Source: Meyerozyma guilliermondii (taxonomy: Eukaryota). Taken from it: a DNA stretch of 64,000 bases. The DNA lies in assembly GCA_051546255.1 (NCBI GenBank), contig CP128815.1, positions 1,550,001-1,614,000 on the forward strand. The letters are read 5' to 3'. Shown here piece by piece: positions 52,182-62,018 of this stretch (its first letter is position 1; the number at the start of each line of letters is the position of its first letter). The notes under the pieces are model-generated. The model did not search any database, was not told the DNA's origin, and saw nothing but the letters and a program-made list of their open reading frames with translations. A program made the translations under genes and the position numbers.

Positions 52182-53915
52182 CTAAACTTCATCGTTCTTC
52201 TCCTCGTCGTAATCTTTCATATAAAATGCATGCAAAAGTGACCCCACCGCTAAAATCGATAAAATGTACCAAGACACAGGAACAATTCCCATGCTATCAG
52301 TAAACGATATCAACCAGCCCCATACTAGAGGAGCAATGCACCGAGCAAGCGAATTAAGACTCAAATTGAGTCCATTGACAAGAGCCCGAAATTTTGGAGT
52401 GGCAGCACGATGTTGAAGTAGCACCGCATGAGGAAACGCCGTGGCTGTGGAAAGTGTACACAACCCACTATTGAGATACAAGAGTATTGTGGTAAGGTGT
52501 GGAGGCATGCTGTGGTTGTATGCGGGGCTGGTAAACACTATTGTGGGAAGCAACATGAATACAATTGGAGGTAAGCAGAGTGAAAGTCGATACCCATTGA
52601 TGGTTCTCATGTGTCTATCCATCCATGGAAACAAAAGTGATACCACAAAGACGCCTAGGAAGCCTGTGGTTGACAACAATTTTCCAATTGAGTCAGAATC
52701 GTAGCCGAAACCACCGGTCATTTTAAATGGAAAATTCAAGCTGGAAACAGTGAGCTTGCCAGCCAAGAGAACCGGCAAAAACTCGCTGTAAACCAAGTTC
52801 TGGAACGCCAACAAGAAATTCGATGTGATGGTCTGGATAACTGGCGACGTGAGTACTTGTGAAGAAAAGATAGAATGAGGTCCTTCTTCATCGGTGAACG
52901 ATGCTGGAAATGAAGCATGCGAAGAATACCGACGAACAATCGCTGCAGACATCTGTCTGGAAAGAGGAGTAGTTCTGTAGTCAGCAGAATCTATGGACTC
53001 GCTCTCGCTATCATCACTTTCCACTGCAGCATAAATATCTGGTGTGCGGTTCAATGGAGTTTCTTCTGTAGCAGGACTTTCCAAGCCGTCCAATTCGTCC
53101 AAAAATCCATTCTGGGGAGCCCTTGGAGTCAGCGAGTCCTGGATCTCGCTCCTGCTTGGCCGGTGCCAAGGTCTCGGTGACATCTTGTAGCCAAACCATG
53201 TCAAGATGGTGTCTCCAATATCGAGTCCCCTGTCCTGCTTATACTTGAGTCGATAATGAGTTTCTTCAAAAAAGAGAAAACACACTGTGGCACTAACAAC
53301 CAAAAAAAAAGCCACCACCACATTGGAAAGTGCATAAGGGTACAGGTTCATGAAATCGTTATACATGCCCGAGGTGTGCGCTTCACCTCTTGGTCTCGTG
53401 AGGTATTTGGATCCACCAATTAACGGCCCCACGACAGACCCAAGATTCCAGAGAAGAGGCACCGTAGAAAACGCCACAGCCTGGTGTCGTTTTTGGGTAG
53501 CTATTTCGCCAATTGAAGTTCTGATCACCCCCACATTTCCATTGACGGCGCCCATCGCAGCTCTTGCAAACAAAGCCATGTAGAAATTGCGGGCAAACCC
53601 AAACATAATCATACAACATGCCAGACCAAGCAAACCTATCATTAACACCGACTTTCTTCCAATCTTTTCTGATGCTTGACCCCAGTGAACGCTACACAAA
53701 AATTGCATAAATGAGAAAGCTGCTGCCAAATACCCGGAATAACGAGGAATTTGTGACTCGTCAGCGGCAATCTTGAAGTCTCTGACCATGAAATACACGT
53801 AGGGAAATAATGACGTGAATGAGATTGGCTCCAGAAATCTGATTAAACTGATGACAACCATCTGCCAGACTGGAAACCCTTTCATTTGTTCTCTGAACGT
53901 TCCATGATGAGGCAT
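52182..53915 (-). CDS. MFS transporter, YCR023C-like
   Basis: FREQMKGFPVWQM, EPISFTSLFPYVYFM, SEKIGRK, NGNVGV, FFEET, GGFG motifs; about 12 TM. Confidence 0.85.
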   Translation of the reverse strand: MPHHGTFREQMKGFPVWQMVVISLIRFLEPISFTSLFPYVYFMVRDFKIAADESQIPRYSGYLAAAFSFMQFLCSVHWGQASEKIGRKSVLMIGLLGLACCMIMFGFARNFYMALFARAAMGAVNGNVGVIRTSIGEIATQKRHQAVAFSTVPLLWNLGSVVGPLIGGSKYLTRPRGEAHTSGMYNDFMNLYPYALSNVVVAFFLVVSATVCFLFFEETHYRLKYKQDRGLDIGDTILTWFGYKMSPRPWHRPSRSEIQDSLTPRAPQNGFLDELDGLESPATEETPLNRTPDIYAAVESDDSESESIDSADYRTTPLSRQMSAAIVRRYSSHASFPASFTDEEGPHSIFSSQVLTSPVIQTITSNFLLAFQNLVYSEFLPVLLAGKLTVSSLNFPFKMTGGFGYDSDSIGKLLSTTGFLGVFVVSLLFPWMDRHMRTINGYRLSLCLPPIVFMLLPTIVFTSPAYNHSMPPHLTTILLYLNSGLCTLSTATAFPHAVLLQHRAATPKFRALVNGLNLSLNSLARCIAPLVWGWLISFTDSMGIVPVSWYILSILAVGSLLHAFYMKDYDEEKNDEV

Positions 53916-54291
53916 GGCGACTGGTTTTTTGGTGGGCGAACTGAGTTGTCTATGACTCAGTTTGCATTCGAGACGAGAATATTCAGTCTATCGCGATCTG
54001 CCGCAGTAAATATGCAGGGGCACCAAAAGGAACGAGAAACGAGAAACGAGAAAGAGAGGAGGAGGAGATTCGAAAGAGTTCAGAAAGTTACGAGAAAGTT
54101 ATAAAAAAGTTACGAAAGTTATGAGAAAGTTGAGGAGAGATTAAGATGATAGTAAAGTGTTATACTTATTATGAGTAGTATCTTAAACTTGAGGTCTTAC
54201 ATTTTGGGTGCAAATTACACTTTTTTCAAATTTTGCAATGGTCCATCAATTGCATTTATTCATTCTTAATCATTATTTCCTGCTCCTTCTA

Positions 54292-55194
54292 TTAATGTTC
54301 CACATAACTGGGCCTCTTTCCTCCCTTACTCTTTCTCATTTCCTGCTCTCGCAACACCAAGATCACACACAACATCACCAAAGTATGTTGCAGTTCATCA
54401 CCCGGTGGTTGAAACATCCGTACTGTCCCATTTAAACTGTGTTTCAGTCCCGAAATCTTTTTGTCTCCGGTATCTGTATAAGTAACAAGAGGAATATTGA
54501 CCAAGGTGCGTGCCTCCGACAAGAGTTTTGTATGCAAATGTTTCTTCAGCTCACTCAATGCTTGACAGAGGTCATTAGCCGAAGTGTTGAAACCCACTTT
54601 GGCACCTTTTATCGACCCGGGAGTCGGTTGCACCAAACTAGACCCATCAGTCAACGACAAGGTATTTGGCTGCAAAACATACATTTTCAATTCTCCACTG
54701 GCAAACGTGGAATTGTCCCCTGACGACCCCACCACACGTAGCTTGGTGTCACAGTACATTATATCGGCAGCTGGGCGTAATCCATTGTTTAAAATCATCA
54801 CTGAAGTGTGGGGGAACATGAGAATGTAACATGACAAATTATTTGCAACATTTTTAAAGTGCACACGACAGTACTCGTGCGATTGACCAGCATCGTCATA
54901 GGTGCAAATGACCATAAATGGGGCATTTTTCTTGAAAACACTAAACACTGAAGACAGTGTACACAAGAGTGGTGAGGACCCTTTCCGGGCATCGTCTATG
55001 GACCGGAATACCGATACCCCCGGATGTAAAAAAGTCGATGCGATGGAATACTCTTTTATCGTGGAAAAATTAGGTAACGGCAACCCAAAAACCTGTGACG
55101 ACAAGTCCGCGAGCGTATCATCAGAAAGCGATGTGAAAACAGACTCATTATCTGGTAAAACCGTGTCCTCACTCTGCCTTCTACTGTCCGGCAT
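54292..55194 (-). CDS. Uncharacterised 300-aa soluble protein (beta-rich, hydrophobic C-terminal helix)
   Basis: Long ATG ORF filling the gap between genes, with globular-looking composition; family not recognised. Confidence 0.7.
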   Translation of the reverse strand: MPDSRRQSEDTVLPDNESVFTSLSDDTLADLSSQVFGLPLPNFSTIKEYSIASTFLHPGVSVFRSIDDARKGSSPLLCTLSSVFSVFKKNAPFMVICTYDDAGQSHEYCRVHFKNVANNLSCYILMFPHTSVMILNNGLRPAADIMYCDTKLRVVGSSGDNSTFASGELKMYVLQPNTLSLTDGSSLVQPTPGSIKGAKVGFNTSANDLCQALSELKKHLHTKLLSEARTLVNIPLVTYTDTGDKKISGLKHSLNGTVRMFQPPGDELQHTLVMLCVILVLREQEMRKSKGGKRPSYVEH

Positions 55195-55640
55195 TGGTGG
55201 TGCGACCGATGATTGCGAGCTATTTGGGGCCGCTTACATAAGCCCAAGAAACTTTATTTGTGGTGGGGGTGGGGCGAGGGGCAGCGTTGGCCAGGGAAAT
55301 AGGGGTTCAGACTACGAGAGGGGCAGGCAAGTGGGAAAAACGGAATTTGGGTCAATTTCATTCGGTGAACCCGCACAAGAAGTGTACGATCGTCAAGTGA
55401 CATTATAAGCGAGATCATCGAACCTACACAGTGGAATTTGCGGGGTGCGTTTCCCGTTTGAGATTTTGCGCACGAGGGGGAGATCGCGTAGTGGAAAATA
55501 GGGTGGGGAATATGTGGGGGAAGATTGCGAACGTCCTGTGCGGGGACCGTCAATTAAACTTCAATCTCTGGTGCGAATTATTTCTTCAACTCGTAACATT
55601 ATTCAATAATTGTTTTGTCGGCAGGTTTCCGACCATTGGC

Positions 55641-57782
55641 ATGGCTACACAAAAGAAATATATTTGCGCCTTCTGTGCCCGGGCATTCACTAGATCCGAA
55701 CACAAGCAACGCCATGAAAGGTCTCATACCAATGAAAAACCGTTCCATTGTCAACACTGTACTTCTGCGTTTGTACGGCGGGATTTGCTCCAGCGCCATT
55801 GCCGGACAGTTCACAATGTCCAGCTTCTCAACGTACAGCCTCGAGAATACGTAAATTTCACCGCCGCAGCGAAGGGTCCGGCCACCGAGTCCAGCTCTGA
55901 CAACGATAATGGTCCGCCAGCTTTGTCTCCAAGACTCAAAGCCAAGGGTAGCGATAGCAATCCGCCGTCACGAAGACCGTCGGTGAGCCAACAAGAGTCG
56001 GACTTTGTCCATTTACTTTCAATTTCGCAAAAACTCGAACTGTTTCTTGCCAATTATGATGCTGGATACCCCAAGCTGTCGGTGACCAGTGACGCCTTTT
56101 TAACCGGATTTGCCGCTGCGTCCCATTCGTCGTTTCCCGTGTTGGAAATCATTGCTCGTGACATCTGTAGTTACCTTGGAACCATCAACAATAAGCCCAA
56201 CAATCTGGCTACCCTCAACAAGTATGCGTTTTTCAAGTTGGGTACCATATACGGCATCTTGGCACTTGGTGCTGCCAATGCAAACGACTTGGCACTGGCG
56301 GTGAACTATGCCAATCGGTCTTGGGACCTTTTGATCTCACGGCTAATTCCTCATTATAACAACAATAATGGTCACAATGGTCATGACAAGACGGAAATCT
56401 TATGCATTCTCTTCTTGTTGTCGTACGTCTATGTCACGTTTGACTTGGACTCGGTTTACTACTCGCAGACCCTCAATTGCAAAGTGGTGTTTAATTACCT
56501 TAATGACCTCAGCCACATCATCATGTCGAATATGGACGACGATACTTCCGAATCAACTTGGCACTTGGAATGGTCTATTTACGTGCTTCTCTCTCGGTTT
56601 TTCATCAATTCGCCTGCTCCGCCAAAAATTTATGAGCTTTTCAAGGATAAAATGGTTACCCCAGAAACCCTGTTGGTTTCTCTTATGGATAACCTTTCCA
56701 AATCCATCGTTCCATTGGCCACAAACTTTATCCAAGAAGTAGCCATTCTCACCCTTATGAACGAATACAATAGCTTTACCACCAGCAACTTCTTGCTTGT
56801 GTTCAGTCTGCGCAACTGCCTTCATAATTGTATCATTCTCCTCAACAAGTCGCTAGCACTCCACCCTACGGAAAAGGCTGAAACCAGCAGCGTGTTTGAG
56901 CTCTTCAAAAAACGCACCATAATCAATAGCGTGCCCAAGTTTCACGACTTACTTTCATCATATATCTTTTGTCCTACCCAACCACACCATTGGAACCTTT
57001 TGAACGTATCGTTAAAGGAGTATAATGCTCCGTTCAATTTCGGTTTGTTCCTTGAGACAAATATGGAAGCTTCTCCTCAAGATTTCTCCGTCAACTTGTC
57101 GTCGTTTTTCAGCATCACCAACGAAAGTAATAACAATTTGGGAATCGTCAGTTTTCCATTTTTGTTCAATGTCAATTTCATCAAATTCAAATCGTTAAAG
57201 GTGATAGACTTGACCAACTTGAATAGTACCGAGATCGACCACTTAAAGTACCTTGCAATCGAGTGGTATGTCACCATGGTAAAGATGTTGATAACTTTAT
57301 GGTGCAATTCCAAATTGCTTGAAAATTTCATAATACAGTGCACCCTTTATCTCATTGACGAAGTGGCTGATCCCAAGGACGACAGATCGTTCTGGGCAAT
57401 CTACCGCAAGTTCACGTCATGCTATGAAAAATGGCTCGCCTATTTCGACCCATCAAACAAGTTGGTTAATGTGCGCATACGCTTACGGAAGTTCCTTGGA
57501 GAATACATCTATTCCCGGTTGAGTTTGGTGGAAGTTGGAGGCTACGATGCTAATTACGTCTTGGAACCGAGCCCCAAACAGCATTCTGCATCCATGTCGT
57601 CTGGATCCTCTCTGGTATCCTCCACTTCGGTTTCCAAGATGAACTACTCACAACCCATGCCAGGTAAAAAAGACTTGCAACTGGGAGCCAGCGGGTCTGG
57701 TTCGCTTCATCTTCCCCCAATAATGAAAATGTCAAGTGTCCAAACTGCCAACCCAATGATGTCCCATATTGAACAGAGGTAG
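55641..57782 (+). CDS. C2H2 zinc-finger transcription factor (YGR067C/Try5-like, Adr1-type fingers)
   Basis: MATQKKYICAFCARAFTRSEHKQRHERSHTNEKPFHCQHC..FVRRDLLQRH.RTVH, followed by a long helical domain. Confidence 0.85.
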   Translation: MATQKKYICAFCARAFTRSEHKQRHERSHTNEKPFHCQHCTSAFVRRDLLQRHCRTVHNVQLLNVQPREYVNFTAAAKGPATESSSDNDNGPPALSPRLKAKGSDSNPPSRRPSVSQQESDFVHLLSISQKLELFLANYDAGYPKLSVTSDAFLTGFAAASHSSFPVLEIIARDICSYLGTINNKPNNLATLNKYAFFKLGTIYGILALGAANANDLALAVNYANRSWDLLISRLIPHYNNNNGHNGHDKTEILCILFLLSYVYVTFDLDSVYYSQTLNCKVVFNYLNDLSHIIMSNMDDDTSESTWHLEWSIYVLLSRFFINSPAPPKIYELFKDKMVTPETLLVSLMDNLSKSIVPLATNFIQEVAILTLMNEYNSFTTSNFLLVFSLRNCLHNCIILLNKSLALHPTEKAETSSVFELFKKRTIINSVPKFHDLLSSYIFCPTQPHHWNLLNVSLKEYNAPFNFGLFLETNMEASPQDFSVNLSSFFSITNESNNNLGIVSFPFLFNVNFIKFKSLKVIDLTNLNSTEIDHLKYLAIEWYVTMVKMLITLWCNSKLLENFIIQCTLYLIDEVADPKDDRSFWAIYRKFTSCYEKWLAYFDPSNKLVNVRIRLRKFLGEYIYSRLSLVEVGGYDANYVLEPSPKQHSASMSSGSSLVSSTSVSKMNYSQPMPGKKDLQLGASGSGSLHLPPIMKMSSVQTANPMMSHIEQR

Positions 57783-57814
57783 GCAATGTAATAGTATTAG
57801 CTAGTAACAAGTGC

Positions 57815-58558
57815 TCAATTGCTTACTGACCGCACCCACATGGTTCCAGCGTCTTGTTCTCTCCAAAGTCGGCTAATGGTGATGCCCAAACTGTACTTCT
57901 TTTTACTCAATTCGTCCTGTTTTGTACGTAGTTTTTCAATGGCTCTTACTATCTTGGTCCGGGTCGTATAGTCGATTTCCACGTTATAAGGCGGAAGCAA
58001 ATTGTTCAAAAAATCGATTTCCTTGTTGATTTTCTCGATTCTACTCGAATACAAATCGTATTTTTCTTGACTGGCAGCGAGGGCTTTGGTCATCGACTTT
58101 GAGGATTCCGACAGTTGACGTGTATGCAGATTGTGATGGTTATGATGGTGGTGTGACTTGCTGTGACTGTTTTGGCGACTTGGACCCTTATCACGCAGCG
58201 ATGACAGGTCAGAAGGTGGGGTGTTTACTGGTTCATGCGATACTTTTCTGACGGTGAATTTGATTGGTTTTCGCTTTATTCCCGGCTTCGGAAGTGGATT
58301 TCCTGACCCTCCAGTCCCAGAAGATGTAGGAGCCACGGTGGCTTGCTCAGAAGTTGTAGAAACGACCGGAATTGACGGGTCATTGGATGTCTCATTGGCA
58401 GGGTCGGTGGACAGATTTAAATTTTTGTGTACTGAAAGACGTTTAATTAACTTTCCTGTCGAGCTGTTGCTTCCTACAGTGGACGTAGACGATACTGAGG
58501 GCGAGCGGGCGAGCTCCACGGAGTCAGAAGTCATGTTTTCGGGAATCGTGGGTGACAT
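57815..58558 (-). CDS. Uncharacterised protein, disordered N-half and coiled-coil C-terminal domain
   Basis: 247-aa ATG ORF; heptad-like C-terminus ending LGITISRLWR...MWVRSVSN. Confidence 0.7.
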   Translation of the reverse strand: MSPTIPENMTSDSVELARSPSVSSTSTVGSNSSTGKLIKRLSVHKNLNLSTDPANETSNDPSIPVVSTTSEQATVAPTSSGTGGSGNPLPKPGIKRKPIKFTVRKVSHEPVNTPPSDLSSLRDKGPSRQNSHSKSHHHHNHHNLHTRQLSESSKSMTKALAASQEKYDLYSSRIEKINKEIDFLNNLLPPYNVEIDYTTRTKIVRAIEKLRTKQDELSKKKYSLGITISRLWREQDAGTMWVRSVSN

Positions 58559-58678
58559 TCAACTAGAAACTATTTGGCAACGCGTTAAGACGCCGCGTTA
58601 TATGTAGGAGCTATCTACGGCCCCGGTGTATGGCGGGGAAACTAGGCTCAATTAAGCGAAACAGTGGTTATTATTTCC

Positions 58679-60184
58679 ATGTGGAGCTGGGTTCCGATAT
58701 GCGTGAGATTGATTGCCAACAACAATGTGCATGCTGTGAGTGGAATACAAGTGGAATTTCACCACCATGGTACTTCTACCAGCTTTTGGCTTACAATTAG
58801 TCCGGTGCCACTTTCCACCCTCGATGAGTATGAAGTATATGTGGCCAGCGGCGACACCATAGACGAACAAACCGTGGTGTGGATCCCGGCAAGGTACCAC
58901 CTGCACCATATGCTAACCAAAAACGAGAATTTTCGGCTGTTTCTCTCACAATTTTTGACCAATGGGTTTTCCCTATTTCCCCACAATTCGGTATCTTCAC
59001 AAGAGCCAGAGGTTTCGGTCTTAGCATTGAGTCCCAAAGACCACGCAACAAGCAAAAAGAGGTTCAAGCACGGAAAAAACCTCCACTTTAGCTCGGCAAC
59101 TTCTCAAGCAGAAATCTCCATCACTTCATACCCATTCAGTTTCACGAACCCTGTTCTCTTTTCAAACTTTCGGTCTCATGGGTTCATTAATTATGCATTC
59201 ATCGACAACGGCGCTCCATTGGCGTATTTGACAGACACCAGGTACTTGGAGAACATGGCTGGAGGCATAGTACAATTGACTGACTCTAGTGCCATAGGAC
59301 TAGTCATTGGCAACCTTCGAAAACGCAACGGTGACGGCGACTTGAACTTGGTTTGTGGTTGGCACCTACTCGGCGACTATTTGACCAAGATTTTCGGTTC
59401 CGATGCCATTTCTGATAATCCAATTGTTCTCGAATCTCGCACCGATATGATTCCAGTGTTTCCTTTAGTAGTAGGAAATTCAACCTCGAGATCGTGGGGA
59501 ACTTGTACTTATGTTTCGTCCGTACTTGTTACCAATTACCACGTTTTGAAGCCGTACATTGAAGCGGCAGACTCATCTGCGACATGTACCATTTATGTCC
59601 ATGGTTCACAAAAAATTTATCTTTCGCTGGAGGATAACATTATCACTCCGTTTCCCGAGCTCGACTTATCCTTCATATTTTTATCTCCACACCATCTTGC
59701 TGCTTTGGGAAAGGTTCAACATCTCAAGCCATCAAGCAGCGACGTCAACGATACCGTCTATTCTGTTGGATACGGCCTCTTTTACAGCCAACGACAAACA
59801 GCTCCGCTTCTAGCCAAAGGCCATATCTCGGCATTGAGCCCTTTGCCTTTCACTATGGACGAATCTCCCATAGAAACCATGATTGTGACTTCTGCCCCGT
59901 GCTGGAATGGTTCCTCGGGAGGGGCATTGGTAGATTCCGAGAACAAATTGGTTGGCATTATATGTTCAAACGCCCAGGTTCGGGTCCCCGAGGTGGCAGG
60001 CACCATCACTGGGCAAACAGAGAAGCTTTGTACGTTTTGCATGTGTTTGCCGATAGCTTTAGTACTCAGATGTCTTGAAGCATGCAAATCGTTAGCAGCA
60101 CCACAGCTCAATCCTGATATAGCCAAGCTTTGGACGCTTAGTACCACTCATAAGGACGTTATAGAAAGCGGACCCAAGTTATAG
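58679..60184 (+). CDS. Trypsin-like serine protease, Tysnd1/DEG15-like, C-terminal PKL
   Basis: Triad-like motifs LVTNYHV / ELDLSFI / CWNGSSGGAL; degenerate first domain TDTRYLENMAGG; PTS1-like end GPKL*. Confidence 0.8.
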   Translation: MWSWVPICVRLIANNNVHAVSGIQVEFHHHGTSTSFWLTISPVPLSTLDEYEVYVASGDTIDEQTVVWIPARYHLHHMLTKNENFRLFLSQFLTNGFSLFPHNSVSSQEPEVSVLALSPKDHATSKKRFKHGKNLHFSSATSQAEISITSYPFSFTNPVLFSNFRSHGFINYAFIDNGAPLAYLTDTRYLENMAGGIVQLTDSSAIGLVIGNLRKRNGDGDLNLVCGWHLLGDYLTKIFGSDAISDNPIVLESRTDMIPVFPLVVGNSTSRSWGTCTYVSSVLVTNYHVLKPYIEAADSSATCTIYVHGSQKIYLSLEDNIITPFPELDLSFIFLSPHHLAALGKVQHLKPSSSDVNDTVYSVGYGLFYSQRQTAPLLAKGHISALSPLPFTMDESPIETMIVTSAPCWNGSSGGALVDSENKLVGIICSNAQVRVPEVAGTITGQTEKLCTFCMCLPIALVLRCLEACKSLAAPQLNPDIAKLWTLSTTHKDVIESGPKL

Positions 60185-60228
60185 ATAGGTTTAACGCAAA
60201 AGAAAAAAAGCTGGAGTAGGTTTAGCGA

Positions 60229-61431
60229 TCAACGCCGACCAGCAGCAGCAGCAGCAGCAGCTTTCTGTTCCACAGCCTGTGCCAAGGAGTTGGCCACCGA
60301 AGCCTCATTCGTTCCTGGACCCGAATTGTTTCCAGCATCAGCACTGTTACTTTCTATTCGACTGACTTCCAACAATGAAGAATAAAGATTTGTCAAATCC
60401 AACAATTCCGTGACTGAGTCGGACCGCAAATCGTATACTAGCTGCTGAAAGGAATGCGACTTGATGACATTGATCGACAATTTGTTTTCCGTCAAAAATT
60501 TCATCAAGTGCTTGTGGAACTTCATGGCGGTATATGGAGAATTATCAAATTCCGCCGATAAAAACCTGCGGCTTCCAAAAGCCACATTTGGCGCCTGCGC
60601 CATGTTGCTAGATACCGGAACCAATGGCACCGTCAGACTATCGACATATTGTCGTTTTTTAGACCCTCTATGTGCACTTGCACCCATCGCTATCGATGCA
60701 GGGTCCTGGTGCACTGGTGTCAAGTGTGACAACGAGCTGGCATCGAGCACGTGATCATGACCGGAATGACCGGTTGGGGTTGGGTCGTGGCGCATATGCA
60801 GGTGCGGTTGTTGGTGTCTCACCTGAGTGTGGTGGAGATCTGGTTGGGTATTTTCATAAGACATAGGCATTCCATTAGGGGCATAAGTGACGCCGTTCCC
60901 GTCGATAGGTATGGCACGAGAGTTGTTTATGGAGTCACGCGTGAGCTTGTGGGTTTTCAAGTGCTCGGTTAATTTTTTAGGCGAGCCTTTATCCGAGGAG
61001 AGTCTGGTAATTATCTTGCCACAATAGTCACAAGCAGCCACATTTGGGTCTTGAGAATCTTGAATAAACCACGTCCACACCCACGACTTTTTTTTCGCGC
61101 CAAATCGCTGGCCCGGCCGGTTCTTGCGTTCTTTGCGCTGCTCTTTGGCAGCCGCAGGGGTCAATTCCGGTCCTGATGATATAGTTCCGACTGAGGTCTC
61201 AGGTCCTAATCCGGGGGTACGCCTATCTTGGCTCAGATGGACTCCAAGATGATTGTGATGTGTCACATTTGTGGCCGATGAGTTTGGTGCTGTCAGATCG
61301 CTTGTATGGCTCGAACCCAGGGTCAATTGTTGTGGAAGTCCATTGATGTTTATTGGTTGGCGCTGGTGTATTGGAGTCAGGTTGTAGCTGGAAAACCCTA
61401 TTTGGTTATTTGAAGGATTATAATAACTCAT
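60229..61431 (-). CDS. RBF1: BED zinc-finger DNA-binding protein (Candida Rbf1-like)
   Basis: KKSWVWTWF...ACDYCGK...GSPKKL.EHLKTH BED finger; (GCT)7 poly-Ala at 60241-60261. Gene symbol from recalled similarity only. Confidence 0.7.
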   Translation of the reverse strand: MSYYNPSNNQIGFSSYNLTPIHQRQPININGLPQQLTLGSSHTSDLTAPNSSATNVTHHNHLGVHLSQDRRTPGLGPETSVGTISSGPELTPAAAKEQRKERKNRPGQRFGAKKKSWVWTWFIQDSQDPNVAACDYCGKIITRLSSDKGSPKKLTEHLKTHKLTRDSINNSRAIPIDGNGVTYAPNGMPMSYENTQPDLHHTQVRHQQPHLHMRHDPTPTGHSGHDHVLDASSLSHLTPVHQDPASIAMGASAHRGSKKRQYVDSLTVPLVPVSSNMAQAPNVAFGSRRFLSAEFDNSPYTAMKFHKHLMKFLTENKLSINVIKSHSFQQLVYDLRSDSVTELLDLTNLYSSLLEVSRIESNSADAGNNSGPGTNEASVANSLAQAVEQKAAAAAAAGRR

Positions 61432-62018
61432 TTTGAGTTGAGCTCACGTAAAATAGACGTGAAGAGTATCGGTTGTAGGAATTGTTTGCAGCAGTTTACT
61501 TACTGCATGACCGGAAGTCGAGTGAGCATCGTGGTGCGCGCACGCCGCCGACGCGACACCCGGGGGTAAATGGTTGGGGAAACCGGGGGTATGTTGAGGT
61601 TGTTCAAGAAACACGAAAACGGAAGAAAAATATGAATCTCATCGAACAATCATTGACGCCATTGTCAATCATCGAAGGTAACCCGCAAACTTTGTATAAC
61701 CAGCGAAATTTGGGCGAGGAGCCGCACGACTTCCCGTTTAGGAAATTGCAACCAGCAGCATATCCAAGGTTGGATTAATTGCACCCAAAACGAGAATACC
61801 AGCCAGTACTATATTGGACGTAGTATGATGCTACAAACCAGCCAGATGTTAGGTTTGAAGTATATATAACATTCTCAAGTTTGTAAAAGAAATAAACCAC
61901 TAACAATTTATCCAAGGTAACCCTAGTGAAATTTATCTCTCTCTAACTACAGTCATTCCTTTTAACACTGTCTTTCTTTGATTTCCAACTACAGTCCATT
62001 CCTTTATAACTCTTTACC

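Noticed and set aside
55431..55640. N-terminal extensions from GTG/TTG starts in the ORF track (also VPS60, MIP1, FMP27, SEC12, COQ3)
   Set aside because: Bacterial-style starts in a eukaryote; family similarity begins at downstream ATGs.
61589..61952. GTATGT...TCTAAC-TACAG as a 5' UTR intron of the secreted protein gene
   Set aside because: A strong TATA box at 61861 lies inside the putative intron, implying transcription starts downstream of the donor.
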